From contig JAQFVV010000003.1 of NCBI GenBank assembly GCA_028023455.1, positions 29,450,001-29,514,000 on the forward strand: 64,000 nt of DNA, written 5' to 3'. The notes below the pieces were generated by a model that searched no databases, had not been told where the DNA came from, and saw only the letters and a program-made list of their open reading frames with translations. Below are positions 11,870 to 25,133 of the stretch, one piece after another (within the stretch, counting starts at the first letter, position 1; each line of letters starts with the position of its first letter). This DNA is from Epiperipatus broadwayi (taxonomy: Eukaryota > Animalia > Onychophora). The position numbers and the translations under genes were made by a program.

Positions 11870-14800
11870 TATACTTGCCAATGTATGGGTATTGAACTGA
11901 GTTCAGACCTATATGACTATATAAGCTAAAACCCAATGATGACATTGTGCCAAGGCAAATTTCTGGTGCCGAAGCCAGAAGCCACGGTAATGGAGACAGC
12001 AGCAATACCATTACTGGCCCAAGGCAGAAGATGAGGACATCGGAAAGGCTTGGTACCAGAGATATATGGGCATGGATGCAGCATCTTTAATGGCCATAAC
12101 ACTGCAAATACTTAGAAAGATGCTGTTCCCCTATCTGGGGCTACCCATGATGGGTTGGTGGCAGTAAGGGCATGTGGCTGTAAAACCAGGACCTTGCCAT
12201 TCAAACTATGTAATGCAGAAAAATTTCAGATCATGCTAAGATGTACCCTGTAAGCAAAGTGCTGGGGCCGCGCCTGACCCCACCGAGAAGCAGACAAAGG
12301 CTACCATATCGTGAGTGAATATGGTTAAAGAAGATAACTCAGAGAGTAGGAGGATGAGAAGTGAAAGAAGGATAAAAGGTCACTCAGTCAGTCTGACTGT
12401 CGATACTCTCAATGTTGACACCATGACTGGGAAAAGCAGTGAGATTGTGGACATGATGATAAGAAGGAAAGTGGGCATTGTGACAGTTCAAGAAACAAGG
12501 TGGAAAGGCCAAAAGGCAAGGGAATTGGGAAGTGTCTTCAAACTAGTCTATTATGGTAATGATTCTAGGAGGAATGGGGTTGGAATTATACTAAGCCCAA
12601 ATTTAAAACATAAGATATTGGAAGTTACTTGGTATAATGACAGGATTATTTCAATGAGAATCGACTTGGAGAGTTGTGTAATTACTGTGCTTAGTGCGTA
12701 TGCTCCACAGTCAAGTTGTGATGAGGAAAAAAAGGACAAGTTTTGGGATGGGATGGATGACATTTGGGGCTGAATCCAGCAAACAGATAGAGTCTTCATC
12801 TGTGGACATTTAAATGGACATGTGGGCAGAGAGAACAGTAGTTTAGCGAGAATCCTGGGAAGTCAGGGAATTGGGGAAATAAATAAAGAAAGGGGATAGA
12901 ATAATTGATTTTGCTGCTTCAATGAATATGGCACTATTGAACACCTTTTTCAAAAAACCCCCAAATCAAGGGATCACTTTCATGAGTGGTGGAAGGGAAT
13001 CCAAATTGACTATGTCATGTATAGACGAACAGGCCTAAAAGAAATACAGGATTGCAAGGTTATTCCAGGAGAAGCTATAAGTCAATAGCATAGACTTTTA
13101 CTATGCCATGCAAATCTCATAGGAATTAAACTGTCCTAGAAGAGGATCATCAAGACCAAATGGTGGAAATTTGGGGTTGAAGCCTGCAGAAAGCAATTTA
13201 TTGACTAATTGATGAAGGCTGAAGACAAAGAAGAAAAGGGAAGATCTCTGGACAAGAGCAGCAAACAACATTCGTGCAATTGGGGATCAAGTTCTTGGCC
13301 AGACATCAGGAGTGATAAAAGAGAATAAGGAGACTTGGTAGTGGAATACAGAGATAAGAAAATGGCCAAAAAAGAATGTGACAAAGATAAAGAGGTGAGT
13401 AGTAGGGTCAAATACAATACAGCAAAGAAAGAAGCAAAAAAAGCTGTTGCCAAAACCAAGTCTGACGCATACTCAGACTTATATGAAAGCTTAGAGAAAG
13501 AAGAAGTTAAGAAGATTTTGTGCATTGCAAAACAATGAGACAAGAATGGTAAAGATACTTACCAAGCAAATTGAATATAAACTTTAACAAAAAGGTATTA
13601 TGCAGCAAGAATAAAATCACAGCTAGATGGCAGCAATATTATTGTCATCTAGTAAATGAAAAAAATTTCTGGATTGCCAAGGGAATGGAAACTTCAAATT
13701 CAGGCCCAGTCCAGAGATCAGTAGGGAAAAAGTCAGACAAGCAGTTAGAAAAATGAAATGTGGAAAATCGGTAGGACCAGATTACATCCCTGTAGAAATG
13801 TGGAAGGTAATGGGAGAAGAGGGAATCATCTTTCTGACCAAACTTTTTAACATCATGGTCACAGAAAATATGCCAAATGAATGAAAGAGAAGCATTTTGA
13901 TTCCAATTTATAAGAACAAAGGAGATATTCTAGACTGTGGTAATTATCAAGGAATAAAGCTGATGAGCAACACAATGAAAATATGGGAGAGAATAATAGA
14001 AAATTGTCTATGACAGGAAATAGATATCAGTGAGGAACAGTTCGGCTTCATGCAGGTAGAGGGACCACAGATGCAATCTTTGCACTACAGCAACTTATTG
14101 AAAAACACAGAGAAGTCAACCAATGAATTGTTCTAATATTCATTGACTTGGAAAAAGCATTTCATAGAGTGCCTAGAGATGAACTTTGAAGATGCCTCGG
14201 AAAAAATGGTCCTAAAAAAATACACTCGCCTGATCCAAGATATGTATCGAGGATGTCAAACCAGTTCAGGAGAAACAATTTTATTTCAGGTGAAAGTGGG
14301 TGTACATCAGGGCTCTGAGTCCCCTACTATTTAATATTGTCATCGATGTTTTAACAGAAGATAGATGCACAGAAGCACCCTGGAACATGATGGATGCCGA
14401 TGATGTTCTGATTGCAGTCAAAGACATCAAAGAAACTCAAGGATAGAATAGAAGAATGGAGGAAAGCACTGGAGGAATGAGAAATGAGAATTAGCAGAAA
14501 TAAAACTGAAGTGCTTTTTTGTGGAAGAGAAGGGAGCATTATGTTAGTAGAAGTCACCTGAGGCTAAAAAATTTAGATATCTCGGCATCTGAATGAATAA
14601 AGATGGATTACTGGATGGAGAGGTTGTAGGGAGAATTCAAGCTAGATAAAATAATTGGAGAAGGGTCTCTGGGATACTCTGTAATAGGAGAATAGGAACA
14701 AAACTGAAAGGAAAAGTCTATAAAACTATGATGCATCCAACACTGATGTATGGAGTAGAAACATGGCCAACCACTAAAAAAATAAAAGACAAACAATATG

Positions 14801-15160
14801 TAACCGAAATGAGAATGCTTAGATTCATCTCAGGTTTGACTAGAAAGGACAAGGTGAGAAATGACATAATACGAGAAAATATGAAGGTGAAGAAAATAAG
14901 TAAAAAAATGAAAGAATCAAGATCGAGGTGTTTTGGACATGTTAAGAGAAGAGAAGAAAATTGTCAGAAGGAATATTATGGAGATGGAACCACTGGGGGA
15001 AAAACTCAGAGGCAGATCCAAGACCAGATGGAATGACCGAGTGAAATGTCACTCAAGGAGGAAATGGCTTCAGACCAAGCAACCTGGAGACAAATGATCC
15101 ACACCAGTGACCCCATCTGAAGTGGGATTAATCAAGCTGTGGAAGAAGAACATCAGAAGA
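11870..15160 (+). mobile_element. Near full-length but inactivated RTE LINE, Expander/Rex3-like
   Basis: ORF start TLNVDTMTGKSSEIVDMMIRRKVGIVTVQETRWKGQKARELG is characteristic. NYQGIKLMS, GVHQGS and MMDADDV RT segments are present. 3' end GACCCCATCTGAAGTGGGA..GAAGAAGAA. 5' start is approximate. Confidence 0.9.
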
Positions 15161-15360
15161 GAGAAAAAAAGAAAAAGACTATAAATAAAAAGTTGGAGGG
15201 GAGGGAGTTGAAATCAGAATAGTTGTAAATTCAATTAAAAGATGAAATTATGGTTTCACAAACATTCAGTACTATTGCCACAATAAGAACAACATTGGAG
15301 CATAAATTTATATATTGCAATAAATATTTATGTACTAGAATTAAAATTTTATAAATACTT

Positions 15361-15478
15361 ATATATTAAGGCTATAACTTTAAGACAATGCGCCTGAAAA
15401 AACAACAGTAGGGACCTCTGCAAATCTTTAACATAAGATTTTCAGGCGCATAGTCTTAAGGTTATAGCCTTAATATAT
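15361..15478. mobile_element. 118-bp hairpin MITE-like element
   Basis: 40-bp arms with 38/40 complementarity around a loop containing GTAGGGACCTCTGCA. A related copy lies at 61286-61407. Confidence 0.8.
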
Positions 15479-16655
15479 ATTACTTTACGTAACGAGTATG
15501 CGCTTTACAAATTTAATAAATACTTATGTAAATTTAGTATTAACCTTTCTGGATGTACACATTTAATAATCTCCAAATTGGTAATTCTAGACTTGTGGAG
15601 ATAGTATTATTAACCAAAGTCATTAGTCATTGTCATCACTAGTTTTTCTTATTTTATATGGATATCACAGTTTAATGTACTGACCAGTGGAGAATTAAGT
15701 GATAAGTCATATACACAAGGATATCATTCACATCCTGGGAATTTTGGCTTAAAACAAGCATCAAACTCTAAATAATCAACAAAATATCAAAATTAAGGTT
15801 GTACAGAAAGAAAATAATGAATAAGTTATATAAATTCTTAAAAAAACAGATATAATAAATATAAAATTAATCTTATCCATTGTGAGAATAGTAGTAATGA
15901 CACAGTAGCAAAACAAAAGTTGATTATTATAAATCAAATTATGTAATTGAACTATTACACATTGTTAACTTCTAAAAAACTTTACTTCTTAGTATGATCA
16001 GCTCCCAAATAGTGAGCTTTATAATATTTACTAATCTTATTAAATTCATTTTATTAATTTTTGTTATTGTATTTGGAATGGTCAACCAAGGAAAATGTAT
16101 GCATTTATATATATATAAGAATGTGCAAAATAAAATAGGAATTAACTTATTTTATGCAAACATAGAAGATAATTGGTAACAGTAAAATTAATTATAAATA
16201 GTATTACTTAAAACATTTTATTTAAATAAAATCACTTAAATATTCATTGTTAATTTAAAGAAAAAATACAAGAAATAAGCAAAACTAATTCTGTTAGTTC
16301 TACAAAACTTAATATTGGAGATCTTATTTCTTTACTTTTGCATCTCTTGTTAGTATTGGAAACTTGATTTCTTCTTTTATTCAATTTGTATATAAATAAA
16401 TTTTGATACTTTTTAATCAATTTCACTTTTAACTTTGATCAGTTACTCTTATGATCAGTTACTCTTACAATCATACTTTAAAATTAATAGTGGATATTAA
16501 CTTTGAACAAAAATTTAAAACTACTGAATCAGAAGAGCATTTATTGAAATACTTTTCACGTATTATATTATGATGCACAGTAAATCTGGAATAATGAAAT
16601 AAATTAAAATTGAATCTACTATCATAATAAACTTGGAAGATAAAATCAAGGTATA

Positions 16656-19030
16656 TGATGTGATGCACTGTGGCTTCTCCTTATACAAAGTCAGGAATCT
16701 CTCAGCAACTATGCCCAGAGAAACCTGTTAGCCACTTTACTTTCTCTTTCCATTCCCTACCCTAAGTTTTCCCATATCCTGCTTCATCCCATTTCCACAA
16801 CATAATCTTTGTCAACTACATGGCCTTTATATCTAAATCCCCCCTCCCCCAAACCCAGCAAAAAAACCAATAACCCACTTTCTGTATAATCACTTTTGTA
16901 ATATTTATTCTTCCACAACTTCATTATTTGTACCCTTTCTGCTTTCAGGCATTTACATTCAATTAACAGATGCCTAATATTTTCTATGCCTTCCTTACAC
17001 AACTTGCAGACTAAATCACCCACATTTTTCCATTTATGTGTATATTCCCTTGTTGCTAAAGATCCCATTCGAGTCTTAAACAGTAAACTACTTTCCTTGC
17101 TATTATCATAAATTAACTCACACCCAATATTCTATTTACTTCTATATATATATATAAACTCTTTTTACTCTCTATACTAGTTCTCCATCTCTCCAACTCC
17201 CTATTCTTTATTAATGCATCTATTCTTCTATCCCATTTCTTACCATTATAACCCTCAACAATTCTCCTAACACAATCATCCCACCTTTTGTACAAGTATA
17301 CTGATATAAATTCTTTGTCCAAATCTTCTGCATACTACGTTACCTTTCTCACCCATCTTGTTGCCTGCCCTTTATTCAAAACCCAATTAAATACTATTTT
17401 GGCTATTCTTTTATTATCCATAAACTGCAATCTACTGAACATTTTCATTTTGCTTTTTGCATCTCTCATGTAAACACTTGACCATCCCATTTCTTCTTGA
17501 ATTATTTCCTTTGCCATCCTCACATCTGCATTTAATCCATGTCTTCCTACATCTCTTTGTACCTTTTCTAAGTAATCTAATACCTCTTTACTAACACATA
17601 AATCATCATTACCATATGTTAATCCTGCTACTGCCATTCCCTTCCATATAGTTCTAGCTACATCATATTTATTATATGAAAACACTGTTAATTTCTTTAC
17701 CAATCCCTTTCTTTTCTTTGCTTCATTTATCAATTTTTTCTCCCATTCATCCAAGCAATTTCTCTCATTACTTAAGACAATTCCCAAATAGTTATATCTA
17801 TTCACATTTTATATCCCCCAATAAAAATTCATTGTCTTCTCTTTCAAAACAGGAAAAACTCTCATTACTTTTGATTTTTCTTCACTAAATTTAATTCTCA
17901 TCTCTTTACCCACCTTTGCACATGTCCTCAGCATAACTTTCATATCCTCCCTTCTTTCTGCACACAAAAAAAACATCATCCGCAAAAAAAAGACTCAACA
18001 ATGTATATATTCCCTTGCCACCTATTAATGGTATATCTATCCCTCTTCCTAATATTTCTATTGCTGTCTCCATTTCTCTCAAATACAACAAAAACAAAAT
18101 AGGTGACATAGGGCATCCTTGCCTTAGTCGCACCCCATTTTAACTTTAACTAATTCTATATTCCCTAATTGGTACATATAGTAATTATTTTCATATAATT
18201 TCTTAATAATATCCACTCATTCCCAAATTTACTAAACTTACCCATAATCTATTTCTATTTATTCTATCATACACCTTCTCTATATCTATAAAAGCAATAT
18301 GTAACTATCTACCTGTATTCCTACTCATATCCATAAGTTGTGTAACTACAGATAAACTATCTCCTATACACCTATCCGATCAAAAATCTCCTTGCATTTC
18401 TCCCACTATATTATTTTCTTCCATCCATTTTGCAACCCTTCCAGCCACCATATATGAGAAAACTTTGTATAAAACTGTCATTACCGTTATCGGTCTATAA
18501 TTGTTTAACTTTTTATGATTCTTATCCTTTCCTTTAAATAGTAGCCTTACTCTTGTATTACTCCAACTACCCAGAAAATCTCTTCTGTGCCATCTTATTA
18601 AAACATGATAATAGTTTTACTTTTGCTCTATGCCCCTAAATTCCATCCATCCAAACCTCTTGCCTTTCCCATTTTTAAATTTCTTCCTTGTCTCATTCAG
18701 TTCATTTTCTGTAAACCTAATATTCCCATTACTATATGCTTTCATGTTTGCTATCACTGTCCTTCACATCTAACATCTTTTCCATATCCATTACACTTAT
18801 TTAAGATTATCTCTAATTCTTCTCTAGAACTACACTCTATTCCCTCATCATCTAGTAGTACTATTTTTCTCTCCGCTACATTCATTCTTTTAATGTGTTT
18901 CCAAAAATTTTTACTCCCATCTCTTCCACTTTTATTAATATCCTCCAACAATTTACTATTCAATTTCATTCTCTCTATATAATTATCTATTTTAGCCAAC
19001 TTCTTTTTTCTAAGAATTTTTCCCATCTAA
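16656..19030 (-). mobile_element. 5'-truncated non-LTR retrotransposon, RT plus C-terminal CCHC zinc knuckle; clade uncertain
   Basis: NYRPITV, LRQGCPMSPILF, FFADD, YNYLG, CKLC..ENIRHLLIEC. 3' tail of CATCA repeats at 16656-16665. Confidence 0.9.
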
Positions 19031-19799
19031 CACTAATATCTGAATTAAAAGAAACTTTTTACTGACACCTAGTGGTGATCATAGGTCGGTTTTTTGTAGC
19101 AACCAGCACAAAATGTGAGAATTTATCGACAAATATTTTTAGAAATTCCACATTTATACAATTTCCTATTATTGGCTTAATGTAGATTGACAGATAAACA
19201 AAAGGTCCTCTTTTCAGCAAAACATCTACATTAGAATCAGAATGAAAAAGAATCTCATATGTACACCTTTTATAGTTTTCCCAAAAATGCAACTCTTAAT
19301 TAAAATTTTTCTCTATTTTCCAAGTTTTACCTATTTTTACAACATTAAAACAATCTCTTAATAACAGAAAATTAAATCAATCCAGTGAATAAGAAAAATT
19401 TAAATGTAACTGTAGTTAATTCAGATATAGGAAATTTTTTATAACTAATGAATTTACGGAATTTATACTCATATTTTAAGAACTACTAAATTGATATAAA
19501 ATTAAATATTTAAAATTATTTCTAATTCAAGTTCCATTTTTAGTTACTATGTTTTCAGAAAAATGTATATATTGCAAGGACAGAACTAATTCCTTATATT
19601 TTCTGACTTTAAATTAAAACATAAAAAAGACAAAAATATGAATAGGCAACATATTTTTTTTTATATCTAAAATTTTATAATAAATTTTGTTATGAATTTT
19701 AGATAAGCTTTGTTATTATATCCTTATAAATTTTATATAAAATAAAACATTCAGCGTGAAATCATGAATTAATTATGATGTAAATAAAGGAATGTGAGG

Positions 19800-20500
19800 T
19801 TAATCCTATTTAATAATTGGAGAAATAATTTAGCACTAACATTGATAGATAAGTATTAATTACTACTGACAGCTTTTAAGTTAAGATAATTGGCTTTAAT
19901 AGACCAGTTAAAAAACTAGTGTGGATTACTAGAGGAATTTAGTTTAGCTTAGGGGCTATGAGTAATAATTGATGTCCAATAATTACATAGAATTAATATC
20001 ACTTGTTATTTGGTTTATATAAATATGCTCAGCAATCGATCAAAATAAAGGTAACATATAATAAATCTTTAAAAAATTACATTCCTCTTAATGTACTTTT
20101 CTCTATATTTAACTTCTCTGTAAACTTTCAAATGCCTAGCAACCAAATAAAATACTGTAAAAATGCATAATGTATTTTTTTTTTAAAGATTTGATATAAG
20201 CAATGCAAGAAGAGATGAAGAAGTGTTGAACATCTTTGATACATATATTGTGCCTTTATGAAGAATGGTCATCAAGTGCAGCAAGAACAAGTCTGTATTA
20301 TACTTAGGATGACATTATAATACTTTAACAGTATCCATGAAAAATATGAAGTATTAAATCATTCTTCATAGAGAAAAGCCTCAAGGTCTCTTAAAATACC
20401 AGTAGAGGATATTTATATCTTATTACTTTTTCAAGAATGGCCCAGAGAGGTTCAATAATATTAAAGTCAGATAAGTGAATACAATATTACTCTTATATTT
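19800..20500 (+). mobile_element. Very degraded RTE-like LINE 3' remnant
   Basis: Weak translated similarity (ARRDEEVLNIFD..., ILFN..) to the RTE post-RT region. Confidence 0.35.
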
Positions 20501-20920
20501 TTTAAACCAATATTCAATTATATGGGTTATGTGAATTGAAGCATTTTCAACTTTTGAAAGACAATAGTACTGTATAAAAACAATATTGGTATCATGGGGT
20601 CAGAATGGTTCCCTCAAACTATTCAAAACAGTCTGCAGTTGTGGCAAATCCAAATTAATAACTGGACTAAAAAAAATACTATGTAATCTATCGGCAATTT
20701 TAATGAAAGGATAAAATAGTTTGGATAATGGGAGATTATCAAAAAGATGGTTAGTAAAAATATAAACAGTGATTTGTGCAATCATAGAATAAGCTTTTTA
20801 TTATTTATCATTAATATTTTATATTTAGATATCACCGATTCACTGTTGTAAAATTCACCTCAAAACCAGTGGCAGTTTTGGCTGAAAACCTCATACTGAA
20901 TTATATTTATGGTCATTTTG

Positions 20921-21066
20921 TTAGAGCATTACCTTAAAACTCAATACTCAAGAATCTAAGGGTCTAGGTTTGATTTCCATGCTAGTACTGTTACTGATCA
21001 GGTCAGCAACATCTGAAGAAGAAGATAGAATAATATCTCTCAAGACATTGTGCATATACTAACCTG
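20921..21066 (+). mobile_element. 3' fragment of a Penelope-like element with a degenerate hammerhead-like tail
   Basis: ATTTCCATGCTAGTACTGTTACTGATCAGG..CTGAAGAAGAAG is shared with the reverse-strand element at 61.9 kb. CAGGTCAG(20999)...CTAACCTG(21066) flank CTGAAGA(21013). Confidence 0.5.
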
Positions 21067-22019
21067 TGTGCTACTACTAATGCCATTCAATACTTATATT
21101 AGATGACAGAAATAGTCCTATATATAAATACAACTAAAATACCATCATCACACACCTTCGGGAAAACACTCATACTGAATTGTCTTGATAAATAATGGAA
21201 AGTTCAAATGAGTGTGTTGAGTTAAAGTAATTTGTACATTATGGTTTCCTTCCTTTTGGAAACAATCTTTCAAAACGTATAATTTATAAAACTTTTTCAG
21301 TAAATACTCACTTCTAACCAATTGTTCTAAAAGTGATTGCAATCGTTTAAAACTTTATATCTTAACATACCAAACAGATAAAAAGTTTTTATATTAATGT
21401 TTCAACTAATTGAATATCAACTAATGACTATTTTTAAATTAAAAAAAATTGCCATTTCATGGATTAATGAAAATGATATCACTTCCTATGATAACATTTC
21501 CCATCATCTTAGGAATTATATTTACAATAAAAAAAATATCATGTTAATATGTGTTCCATGTCCGGTAATAAGAGAGGTATTCTCATAATTTTGTACAACT
21601 TCTATAAATGTTGACTTGTATGAATATATGTAAGAAAATTAAAAATATATTAGTTTTTGGAAAATATATTAAAAATAAATAAAAACAATAATTTTTTTGC
21701 TTAAAGGAATAAAAAAACCCAAGTTTATCTGTAATCTTATTTAATTATATATTTGGAAATATATAAGCACTCATATATATATATAGAGAGAGAGAGCAAA
21801 TATGATAGTTATAAAAAAAAAAAAAAATTTTTTTTATTAATGTAATAATTAAGCATTACAATTTATTGGTTAAATGCTTTCCTATTATAAAATATCAGCA
21901 TTTATAAATTTTTTCAAATAAATCTTTTAATTTAACTATCCTTTAAAAATATTTTTTTAAAAAGTTATATTAAAAAAATTTCATATATATATACATATCA
22001 TCAGTATCATTTTCAATTA

Positions 22020-23760
22020 ATATCTATCCAGTTGCTCATCTCCATGTGTTTTTTTCTTCATACTACTCTTTAATTCTTTATTTATCTAACATTAATTTCT
22101 TCCTTTTTTACTATCTTTTGGGAAGCAGTATAAGACTTTAATTGTCCAGCTATTATTTTTTCTAGTAATATGTTCAACACATTCTGGTTTAGCCTCTTAA
22201 TTCATTCAATAATGACAGGTTGTTTATTTTTTCATAAAACATATTTTACTTTTAGTTCTATTTGTTCCTCCCTGAAAAATCTCTCTATATTTAGCATAAT
22301 CTTAAAATCTATATACTGCTCTTTATTAAATGCCCTAAACTCAAATTACAAATCTTTTTCAAGCATATAGGAATAAATTCCATTCAATATTAAATTATTT
22401 TTATCAAAAGCAATCAATCCGAAGTTTCATTTTATGATTAATTTAACAATTATATTTCCACCTGTATTAATAATATAAACAAGATATTTAATTGTTAACT
22501 TCTTTATTTTCTTCTTTTTAAAAACCAATTTAACACTACTTTAGTTTTTTTAGCATTTAACTTTGAATTCTACTTTCTTGTATTTATCTGGTAGCACTTG
22601 CAACATTTCCTGAAGCTCTGATATACTCACATTAGCTTCAAAATCTAGATGAATTAAATAGAATCCATTTATTTTTTATTTCCTTAGTTTCCAATTTTGA
22701 TCTACAAAATGTTTCTGAAATAGCTGCAAAAAATATCTGAAAGATGAAATTACCTATAATGTACCCATATCAATATTTTCTTAGTGACATCATGTAATCT
22801 AATCATTGTTATACTGATATTCTTCAGAATTTAATAATATCTTGGTCAATATTTTGAAGTTATAAAAACTTTACTCACTGTCAAAATGTTTATAGAGTCA
22901 AATTATTTTTAAATCTCATTTATTTTTTTGATTTGTATGAATCCAGTTTTCTGGAGATAAATTATAATGATCTTAACTAAAGAACTATAAAACGGATAAA
23001 AGATAAATGAGTCTGTAATTTCAAACATCTTCACTTTCATCTTTCTTAAATATCAATATGACTATCATATTGTTCCAATCACCTGAAACATCTTTATCAT
23101 TAAAATATTTATTTAATATATAGCTTTGCTAATATTTTTTTTATTTCTTCAATTACTTATTTTAAAATATTTATAATTCTATTATTTCCTTGGGATTTTT
23201 CATTATTCAAAAATTTCATTGAATGATTCATCTTTTCATTTAAAATATTTGGAGTTTCAAAATATTGTCCTCTTTTTAATACTAGTGATACCTTTTCTTC
23301 TTATTAGTTAAACAACTTTGTTTCCAATATCAAGATATTGTGTTATATTTTTAAGAATTTTGTTCCCTTATATATTTTCAAATATCATTTCTTATTGTAT
23401 TTTCTTAAAATCATTATTAAATCTTTTTTGTATATACTATTTTATAACATTTCAGATATTTAATTCTTCTAAATAGTCATTTACAAATCATTTCACATTC
23501 CTTCTTTTCTTCATATGTTGCTTTGTCTCAGATAAAAATTTATTGATGTTCTTCTGCCTTTTTTACAATATCTGTGTAACAGTTCTTAGTAAAGTGTTAA
23601 TTAACTTATTAAATGCATTCATATCTGTGTCATTTTCAAACTCTTTTAATATTTCAAACAATTTATAAGTTCTAATTTAAATTGATTAGAGTATACCTAA
23701 ACATTAAGAATCTCAAATGTTAATACTATTTTTTTTAATAGCTTTTGTGTTATTCTTAAT
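22020..23760 (-). mobile_element. Heavily degraded RTE-like LINE (RT region to 3' end)
   Basis: Minus-strand reads NEKSQGNNRI..DWNNMIVILIFKK..NYRLI, IHLDFEAN..ELQEML..KTKVV, KYLVYIINTGG. Confidence 0.7.
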
Positions 23761-24571
23761 TAGTTCTTATCATAACAAACAATATATTTGCAAAGATTTT
23801 TATTAATAAAATAGAATAAGACTAAGAATACACATACTATTGAAGAATCCTGAGAAATTTATTTACTACTTTATTGAATGTGAATTTATTATCAAAGTAT
23901 AGAATAGTTTTAGCTTATGTGGAAATATATAAAAATTGTATGCATAGAGAATTGCAAGTCAAGTGAGAAATAGTCACATTTCTTCCACATTTATTGACCT
24001 CACTCGCATCTCCACATTATCGACATATGGTCTCAACAGGCTTTCACTTCCTGTATGGCTTCAATATACATATTTATTAACAAATTCCCAAAATCATTTT
24101 AATTATGCATTCAAATATTTTAACAATAACCTAAATGTACACATATGTATGTTTTTGATTACCAAAAAAGTGGAACCCTGAGAGATATATCATAGTAGTA
24201 AGAGTAGCAGAATGGAGAGGAAATTCATGGATCAATTTTTAAGAATTTCTTTTTTAATCTAACTAATTAATTGAAAGAAATTAGTGTACTCAATAAGCCA
24301 TTTTGATTCTAGAACATTAAATGATCTGAGCAATTCACCATGATTTTATTTTATAAGAAAATGGACTTAACAAACTTGACGTAATGTGTACATGGGTGTG
24401 ACTAAAATATCAAATCCAATAAAGGCTTTGAGCATTCCATAATCAGTTTTTCAATAAAATGGACAGTAGAATAGTTGGAAAAGTTAGAAGATTGAAATCT
24501 GTCCATTAAAGTTTAAGGAATTACTATCTTAATATAGACAAAGCACTGATTGTATATATATGTGGGAGATT

Positions 24572-24630
24572 ATGATCTGGCCCAACTGATGAGCGCTGGT
24601 TCTGCAAGAAATATATATTTTGGGGATCAT
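24572..24630 (+). ncRNA. Type I hammerhead ribozyme fold (F1 copy 1, stem II damaged)
   Basis: Stem I ATGATC-(TGG bulge)-CCCAA pairs with TTGGG-GATCAT. CTGATGAG at 24586, GAAA at 24608, palindromic stem III ATATATAT, predicted cut after 24619. Confidence 0.7.
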
Positions 24631-25076
24631 GTATTTTTTTCGTATGTGTGTGATCATGTGTATCAGTTGCTTGAACTGGAGTGGCAACTGGATAGACTGA
24701 AAATCCTGACTTTGAATCCTTCTAATTATATATATAAGAAACATTTAATGTAAGCAATTATATACTGCCTTAGAATTAAACATTGCTTGGAAAATAATTA
24801 CCTCTTAGCATAAGTTCAGCCCATCTTTCTCCTATTAATATATTTGGATACATAATGATCCAATAATATGAGAGGTTAGATTGACATAATATCTACATGA
24901 TTATGACTACAATATCAAATCCAATAAGGGCCTTGAGCATTCCGTCATCGGTTTTTCAATGAAATGGATGGTTGAATAGTTGGAAGGATGGGAATATTGA
25001 AGTCTGTCTATTAAAATTTGAGAAATTCCTATCTTAATATAAACCAAACACTAATTATATATATGTGTGGGAGATT

Positions 25077-25133
25077 ATGATCTGGCCCAACTGATGAATG
25101 CTGGTTCTGCAAGAAATATGTATATTGGGGATC
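25077..25133 (+). ncRNA. Type I hammerhead ribozyme fold (F1 copy 2, degenerate)
   Basis: GATC-TGG-CCCAA / TTGGG-GATC stem I, CTGATGA at 25091, GAAA at 25113, AUA triplet ending at 25124. Confidence 0.65.

Noticed and set aside
12020-12060. CAGAAGA...GGAAA hammerhead-like spacing in the RTE leader
   Set aside because: The core reads CAGA rather than CUGA, and the stems are better explained as simple hairpins.
20921-20980. tRNA-like SINE head (GGTTTGATTTCC)
   Set aside because: The segment aligns with the 3' region of the Penelope-like element at 61.9-62.1 kb, so a tRNA origin is not needed.
21975-22010. Minus-strand CTGATGA...GAAA hammerhead-like core
   Set aside because: Stem II is only an AT microsatellite, and there is no stem I, stem III or NUH partner.
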